Source: Planctomycetota bacterium
Lineage (GTDB): Bacteria; Planctomycetota; B15-G4
Direction: 5' to 3'
Length of the DNA: 64,000 nt
NCBI GenBank assembly: GCA_965248575.1
Contig: CBDFJQ010000002.1
Coordinates: 1,312,001 to 1,376,000 of the forward strand
Part shown: in pieces, positions 55,801 to 64,000 of the stretch
Layout: every line of letters begins with the position of its first letter
Numbering within the stretch: position 1 is the stretch's first letter
Program-made: the position numbers and the translations under genes
The notes under the pieces: model-generated
The model's input: only the letters and a program-made list of their open reading frames with translations
Databases searched by the model: none
Told to the model about the DNA's origin: nothing

Positions 55801-57021
55801 GGCCGACTTGATCGTGTCGGCGTAACCGAGCTCCTTGAGCCGGCGGATGATGAATGGCTGGTAGAGCTCCAGGGCGATGACCTTGGGAAGCCCACACTGG
55901 TGCAGCTGCAGGTCCGGCCCCACCACGATCACGGAACGTGCGGAGTAGTCCACGCGCTTACCGAGCAGGTTCTCGCGGAAGCGCCCTTGCTTGCCCTTGA
56001 TCATGTCGGTCAAGGACTTCAGCGGGCGGTTGCTGGTGCCCAGCACCGGCCGGCGGCAGCGGCTGTTGTCGAACAGGGCGTCCACCGACTGCTGCAGCAT
56101 CCGCTTTTCGTTGCGGATGATGACTTCGGGGGCGTTCAGGTCGAGCAGCTTCTTCAAGCGGTTGTTGCGGTTGATCAGCCGGCGGTACAGGTCGTTCAGG
56201 TCGGAGGTCGCAAAGTTGCCGCTGTCCAGCAGCACCAACGGACGCAGGTCCGGCGGAATCACCGGCACCACGTCGAGCACCATCCAAGACGGCTTGTTGG
56301 GCGAATCGCGGAGCATCTCCACGGTCCGCAAGCGCTTGACGATCTCAGCCTTGCGCTGCTTGCTGCGAGTGGTCTTCAGCTCCTCGCGCAGGGACTCCGA
56401 CGTGGCGTTCAGGTCGAGGTTGACCAACAGCTTCTTGACTGCCTCGGCACCCATGTCCGCCTCGAAGCTCGCGCCGAACTTCTGGCGAGCCTCGCGGAAG
56501 GCATCTTCAGAGAGCAGCTGCCCCACCTCGAGCGTGGTGTCGCCAGCCTCGGTGACGATGTACTCCTGGAAGTAGATCACCTTGTCCAGGTGACTCAGCT
56601 TCACGCCCAGCAAGTTGCCGATACGCGAGGGAGTCGCCTTGAAGAACCAGATGTGACCAACCGATGCGGCGAGGTTGATGTGCCCCATGCGGGTGCGGCG
56701 CACCTTGCTGTGCGTGACCTGCACGCCACAGCGATCACAGATGATGTTCTTGTGCTTGATGCCCTTGTACTTGCCGCAGAAGCACTCCCAGTCCTTGGTC
56801 GGACCGAAGATCTTCTCGCAGAACAGACCATCCTTTTCCGGACGGTACGTCCGGTAGTTGATGGTCTCGGGCTTGCGGACTTCGCCGAACGACCAGCTCC
56901 GGATGTCCTCATGGGACGCGAGGCGGATCGTGACGTAAGGGTTGTCGGTGGGGTTCTTACGGAGCGGGTTGAGACCGCGAGGTTCCGTCGAATCCATGTG
57001 GCTTGTGCCTTCGAGTTGCAT
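52858..57021 (-). CDS. rpoC: RNA polymerase beta' subunit
   Basis: KPETINYRT, Zn finger C.CGK..CDRC, catalytic [20 protein letters not shown]. Start at 57021 or 56997. Confidence 0.99.
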   Translation of the reverse strand: MQLEGTSHMDSTEPRGLNPLRKNPTDNPYVTIRLASHEDIRSWSFGEVRKPETINYRTYRPEKDGLFCEKIFGPTKDWECFCGKYKGIKHKNIICDRCGVQVTHSKVRRTRMGHINLAASVGHIWFFKATPSRIGNLLGVKLSHLDKVIYFQEYIVTEAGDTTLEVGQLLSEDAFREARQKFGASFEADMGAEAVKKLLVNLDLNATSESLREELKTTRSKQRKAEIVKRLRTVEMLRDSPNKPSWMVLDVVPVIPPDLRPLVLLDSGNFATSDLNDLYRRLINRNNRLKKLLDLNAPEVIIRNEKRMLQQSVDALFDNSRCRRPVLGTSNRPLKSLTDMIKGKQGRFRENLLGKRVDYSARSVIVVGPDLQLHQCGLPKVIALELYQPFIIRRLKELGYADTIKSAKKMLERKEEEVWDILEEVIFEHPVLLNRAPTLHRMGIQAFQPVLVEGNAIKLHPLVCAGFNADFDGDQMAVHLPLSYEAQIEATALMIATNNIFTPANGTPIISPSQDIVLGCFYLTTQRAGEPGEGMIFATEREVFRAYADGKAGVHAPIKVRLTPGKVVISADSTVTYEGGLVDTTVGRVLFNDILPDDCPYWNIALDKGSIKRVISDAYEIVGKDRTVDLLDDLKSIGFKSATRAGLSFATVDLIVPSGKFKILDSTDDEVIGINNQYQKGVITEGERYNQVIDLWTHARERVGEEMMLEWQKAALDGALAINPVYIMERSGARGTIEQIRQLAGMRGLMAKPSGRIIETPIKSNFREGLRVLEYFSSTHGARKGLADTALKTADSGYLTRKLADVGQNLVVSVIDCGTINGISKSAVMKGDKVDVPLRQQIRGRVARDAIIDIVTDDVIVRENQVITPEIAKRIEELGYEKVRVRSPLTCEAGDGTCATCYGMDLSRGKLAELGLAIGIIAAQSIGEPGTQLTMRTFHIGGTASRALAVSKIKAGRKGTLKYISVKYGENLEGEQVSLDRNGILVILDDKGRELDRYDVPLGAVLPVADGARVKSGEIIANWDPHSIPIFADRSGRVRFIDIVEGKTLKTEDDAAGISRKFIMDHKGDLHPQISLEDENETPLTFYPIPERAFIEVDDGQMVKAGTLIAKTPRAMTGTQDITGGLPRVTEVFEARRPKEPAIMAEIDGTVELVREMKRGKRTINVKNDETGVVQEHLVPHGKHLKVQSGDRVEAGHPLVEGPLIPQDILRINGEDALQQYLLREVQGVYRSQNVSIDEKHVEVIVSQMLRRVQVVDPGDTDFLPDAVVDKFRFRKSNQDMVKAKKRPATAEPVLLGITKAALQSDSMISAASFQETTKVLTEAALGGRRDPLLGLKENVILGNMVPTGTGFRQLQRTRVKHNVEAPQSAEIMESSSLDAVTLEGAV

Positions 57022-57024
57022 GAC

Positions 57025-60702
<3,678 letters not shown>

Positions 60703-60820
60703 CGGCGGACTTCAACATCGGGTAGGGACGGACGATCAGAGACACAACAGCGACGGACAGCGCCCGCGAAGATCGCGGTGCTGTCTCGTCCACTGGCGGT
60801 GCGTGACAAGCGGGAGGCGA

Positions 60821-61228
60821 CTACTTGACCTCGACGGATGCCCCGGCCTCTTCGAGCTCGCCCTTGACCTTCTCGGCCTCGTCCTTGGACACACCTTCCT
60901 TGACGGCCTTCGGCGCGCTCTCGACAAGCTCCTTGGCCTCCTTGAGGCCCAAGCCGGTGATGCCGCGGACAGCCTTGATGACTTGGATCTTCTTGTCACC
61001 AGGGCCGGTCAGCACGACGTCGAAGGCGGTCTTCTCCTCCTCCTCGCCGCCACCGTCGCCACCCGCTGCGGCCGCCATCATGACGGCGCCGCCGGAAGCG
61101 GGCTCAATCCCGTAGGTGTCCTTCAGATAATCGGAGAGCTGCTGCGCATCGAGAAGGGTCAGAGCGACAATCTTGTCGCCGAGGTCCTTGATCTCTGCCT
61201 TGAACTCGGTGGTTGCTGCTTCGGTCAT
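60821..61228 (-). CDS. rplL: 50S ribosomal protein bL12
   Basis: [27 protein letters not shown]. Confidence 0.98.
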   Translation of the reverse strand: MTEAATTEFKAEIKDLGDKIVALTLLDAQQLSDYLKDTYGIEPASGGAVMMAAAAGGDGGGEEEEKTAFDVVLTGPGDKKIQVIKAVRGITGLGLKEAKELVESAPKAVKEGVSKDEAEKVKGELEEAGASVEVK

Positions 61229-61322
61229 GCTCCTGGCTCCATGTCGGGCTCAAGCGCCCGGTACGGGATGTTCGGGCGTCTCCGCCCGGTGTTGGATGGT
61301 GGTGTGTTGAACGGTGTACTGC

Positions 61323-61871
61323 TCAGCTGCCGCTTTCGAGCTTCTCGATGTGGCTCTGGATCGCACCAGCGATCTTCGAACCACGTGCGGTGAACTGGCC
61401 GGAAAGAGTGGATGCCGGCGAAAGAATCTGTCCCAGAAGCTTGGACTGCATTTCTTGCTTCGTGGGCAACTTGGATAGGGCCTTGGCGCGGTCGGAGTCG
61501 AGAACTTCGCCCTCCATGAAACCGCCCTTGACTGCAGGCAGCTCGTTACCGCTTTCCTTGCGCCACTTCTCGATGACGCGAGCAGCCGCGATGGCCGCCC
61601 CTTCCACTTCGACGTCCTCCAGCCCAAGAATCAGGGCTGAGGGGCCTTCGAAGAGGGATTCTATGCCTGACAGGCCCTGAGCTTCGAGCGCGCGCCGGGC
61701 CAATGAGCCCTTCACCACTTGCATGCTCAGCTGAGCCTCTTCGAGCAGGCCGCGGAACGAGTTGACGTCCTCGACGGTCATGCCGACGGGTTGCACCAAC
61801 AGGGCGTCGACGCCGCCAGACAGGCGGCGTTCGTACTCGCTGGCAATGGAAACATTGACGATGTTCGGCAT
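61323..61871 (-). CDS. rplJ: 50S ribosomal protein uL10
   Basis: GMTV..FR, VVKGSLARRAL, KGGFMEG, LSKLPTK; between rplA and rplL. Confidence 0.93.
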   Translation of the reverse strand: MPNIVNVSIASEYERRLSGGVDALLVQPVGMTVEDVNSFRGLLEEAQLSMQVVKGSLARRALEAQGLSGIESLFEGPSALILGLEDVEVEGAAIAAARVIEKWRKESGNELPAVKGGFMEGEVLDSDRAKALSKLPTKQEMQSKLLGQILSPASTLSGQFTARGSKIAGAIQSHIEKLESGS

Positions 61872-61884
61872 CAGTTCGCTCCGG

Positions 61885-62577
61885 TCAGCTCGCCAGGTCC
61901 ACGGCAACGCCGGGGCCCATGGTCGTGGCTAGGAAGACCTTCTTGAGGTAGGTGCCCTTGGAAGAGGCGGGCTTCAGCGAGTTGACGGCTGCCACGAAGG
62001 CGCGCACGTTGGCCACGAGGTTTTCGTCGTCGAAGGAGCGCTTGCCCACAGCCGCGTGGATCGTCCCACCGCCATCGGCGCGGAACTCCACCTTGCCGGC
62101 TGCGAACTCTCGCACTGCATTCTCGACGTTGGGCGTCACCGTGCCGGACTTCGGAGTCGGCATCTTGCCCTGGGGTCCGAGGACCTTACCGAGCTTGCCG
62201 ACCTTGCCCATCATGTCGGGCGAAGCCACGGCTACGTCAAAATCGGTCCAGCCATCCGCGACCTTCTTGACGAGATCGTCGTCGCCCACTTCCACGGCGC
62301 CGGCCTCGGCCGCAGCCGCCTGCTTGGCAGGATCCTTCACGAACGCGATGACGCGCCGGGTGCGCCCCGTGCCGTGAGGCAGCGACACCGCGCCGCGCAC
62401 TGACTGATCAGACTTGCGGGGGTCGATGCCGAGGTTGATGGCGATGTCGATCGATTCGTCGAAGCGCGTCTTCTCGGACGTCTTGAGAATCGCGATGCCA
62501 TCGAGGAGCGGGTAGACGATGTCCTTGTCCACCTTGATCGCATTGGCCTTCTTGCGCTTGTTTATGTGCGTCGTCAT
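61885..62577 (-). CDS. rplA: 50S ribosomal protein uL1
   Basis: FDESID, LPHGTG, LGPQGKMPTPKSGTV, TMGPG. Confidence 0.98.
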   Translation of the reverse strand: MTTHINKRKKANAIKVDKDIVYPLLDGIAILKTSEKTRFDESIDIAINLGIDPRKSDQSVRGAVSLPHGTGRTRRVIAFVKDPAKQAAAAEAGAVEVGDDDLVKKVADGWTDFDVAVASPDMMGKVGKLGKVLGPQGKMPTPKSGTVTPNVENAVREFAAGKVEFRADGGGTIHAAVGKRSFDDENLVANVRAFVAAVNSLKPASSKGTYLKKVFLATTMGPGVAVDLAS

Positions 62578-62603
62578 GTGTCTAGCGTCCTTTGTTCACC
62601 GGC

Positions 62604-63023
62604 TCAGCCGGAGACCTCGATACCCATGGAACGAGCCGTGCCTTCGACCATCCGGCACGCTGCGTCGATGTTGCGAGCGTTCAGGTCGGCCATCTTGGTC
62701 TCGGCGATTTCCTTCACCTGATCCTTCGTGACCTGCCCCACGATCTCGAGATGAGCATTGCCCTTGACGATGCCCGCTGCGCGCTTCAGGAGCACGGCTG
62801 CCGGGGGCGTCTTGAGCACGAAGCTGAACGAGCGATCCTTGTAGACGGTGATCTCGGCCGGAATGATCAAGCCCATCTGATCGCGGGTCGAGTCGTTGTA
62901 CTCCTTCACGAACTGCCCGATGTTGACGCCGTGCTGACCCAGCGCGGGTCCAACAGGCGGAGCAGGCGTCGCCTGCCCGGCGGCCAGCTGGAGCTTGAGG
63001 ACGGATTGGATTTCCTTGGCCAT
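62604..63023 (-). CDS. rplK: 50S ribosomal protein uL11
   Basis: [26 protein letters not shown]. Confidence 0.98.
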   Translation of the reverse strand: MAKEIQSVLKLQLAAGQATPAPPVGPALGQHGVNIGQFVKEYNDSTRDQMGLIIPAEITVYKDRSFSFVLKTPPAAVLLKRAAGIVKGNAHLEIVGQVTKDQVKEIAETKMADLNARNIDAACRMVEGTARSMGIEVSG

Positions 63024-63115
63024 CTGATGTCGTCTTGCTTGGGGTCGGTCGGTTTGTGTTCGAAGTCGTTGGTTCGGCCTGTCGGGATCGACGAGGCCGA
63101 TTCAGGAACTGGTTC

Positions 63116-63688
63116 TTAGGTCTGCTCGACCTTCCAGTACTCCAGTTCCACGGGCGTTTCACGTCCAAAGATGGTCACGATCACCCGGACCATTCCCTTC
63201 ATCTCGTTCACTTCGTCCACCACGCCCGTGTAGGACTCGAACGGTCCGTCGTTGATCTTCACGCGATCACCGAGCTTGAAGTTGATCTTGAGTTGCGGCG
63301 TCTCCTCGGTATCGCGCATGCCATTCAGGATGCGCTCCACCTCGTGATCCGCCATGGGCACGGGCGCGCGGGACACACCCACGAAGTCACCGATGCCCTG
63401 GGTCTCCCGGATCAGGAACCACACGTCTTCCGGGATCTGCCCCTCTTCATCCAGATACATCTCCACCATGATGTAGCCGGGGTAGAGCTTGCGCTGGATG
63501 ACCTTCTTCCGACCGCCCTTCATCTCCGAGATGGTCTCGGTGGGAACGAGCACGCTCGGAACCCGCTCCTCAAGACCGACGGCCTTCAGCCGGCGCTCGA
63601 GTTTGTCGCGCATCTTCTTCTCGAGGTTACTGGCGACCCGGAGGACGAACCAGCGAGAGGAGGCGGCGTTGAAAGCGGAGGGTTCCAT
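63116..63688 (-). CDS. nusG: Transcription termination/antitermination factor NusG
   Basis: WFVLRV, KLYPGY, KOW GDRVKINDGPF, IFGRETPVEL. Confidence 0.97.
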   Translation of the reverse strand: MEPSAFNAASSRWFVLRVASNLEKKMRDKLERRLKAVGLEERVPSVLVPTETISEMKGGRKKVIQRKLYPGYIMVEMYLDEEGQIPEDVWFLIRETQGIGDFVGVSRAPVPMADHEVERILNGMRDTEETPQLKINFKLGDRVKINDGPFESYTGVVDEVNEMKGMVRVIVTIFGRETPVELEYWKVEQT

Positions 63689-63702
63689 CAGTCAGGAGCC
63701 GA

Positions 63703-64000
63703 TCAGGAGAGGATGTTCTTCGCCACGATCTCGTTGAGCAGCATGTCCATCCCGGCGAGGAGCACCGTGAAGACAAGCATGACGACGAGAATGACGATGG
63801 AGGAGGTGAAGGTCTCGTTCCAGCTGGGCCAGGTGCACTTGCGCATCTCGGTTTCGGAGTCGATCAGGAGGTCCGCAACCTTCGGCCGTTCCAGGAACTT
63901 CATGAGCGTGGCCAGGCCGACGGAGGCAATGACGACGGCGAGAATCAGCGCATAGGTGAGTGGAACTCCCAGGACCGGGAGGTTGTCCTCCATCAGCCGG
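63703..64000 (-). CDS. secE: Preprotein translocase subunit SecE, probably 5'-partial multi-TM type
   Basis: DLLIDSETEMRKCTWPS followed by a TM helix; the frame stays open to the window edge; directly upstream of nusG. Confidence 0.9.
   Translation of the reverse strand, partial: RLMEDNLPVLGVPLTYALILAVVIASVGLATLMKFLERPKVADLLIDSETEMRKCTWPSWNETFTSSIVILVVMLVFTVLLAGMDMLLNEIVAKNILS

Noticed and set aside
60752..60790. Hairpin between rplL and rpoB as a terminator (also the 9-bp inverted repeat at 35992-36022)
   Set aside because: The stems are present but have no U-tract; such spacer hairpins are common in these operons and there is no evidence of function.

Overview
High-GC, almost entirely core chromosomal DNA, most likely from a Planctomycetota (PVC) bacterium. 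The assignment rests on the RpoB rifampicin-region signature [23 protein letters not shown], the absence of tuf after fusA and of rpmD, and the presence of HEAT-vWA and sulfatase-like genes. Left to right: (1) a TPR protein, a sulfatase-like lipoprotein and a PPC-domain protein; (2) a selenocysteine locus with tRNA-Sec(UCA), selA, and a selD that is itself a selenoprotein (in-frame UGA at 7518-7520 plus a SECIS-like hairpin; truncated in the ORF track), interrupted by a TPR-folD-HEAT/vWA operon; (3) recJ and a rhomboid protease; (4) a split class II ribonucleotide reductase (nrdJa/nrdJb) with an NrdR box; (5) a dcw cluster mraZ-rsmH-ftsL-like-ftsI-murE-murF-mraY-ftsW-[TM-2xLysM]-murG-murC-murB lacking murD, ddl, ftsQ, ftsA and ftsZ; (6) a Zn-finger hypothetical, dnaE and a lipoprotein; (7) a ~30 kb minus-strand ribosomal superoperon from secE-nusG through rpoBC, str, S10, spc and alpha to rplQ. 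No mobile element, CRISPR array or rRNA was found. The best candidates for new biology are the FtsQAZ-less dcw cluster with an embedded membrane-anchored LysM protein, the Sec system with an atypical tRNA-Sec acceptor stem, NrdJb with an unknown N-terminal domain, a FolD lacking the cyclohydrolase lysine, and a domain-IV-divergent EF-G. All calls are by eye from motifs and synteny; no database searches were run.
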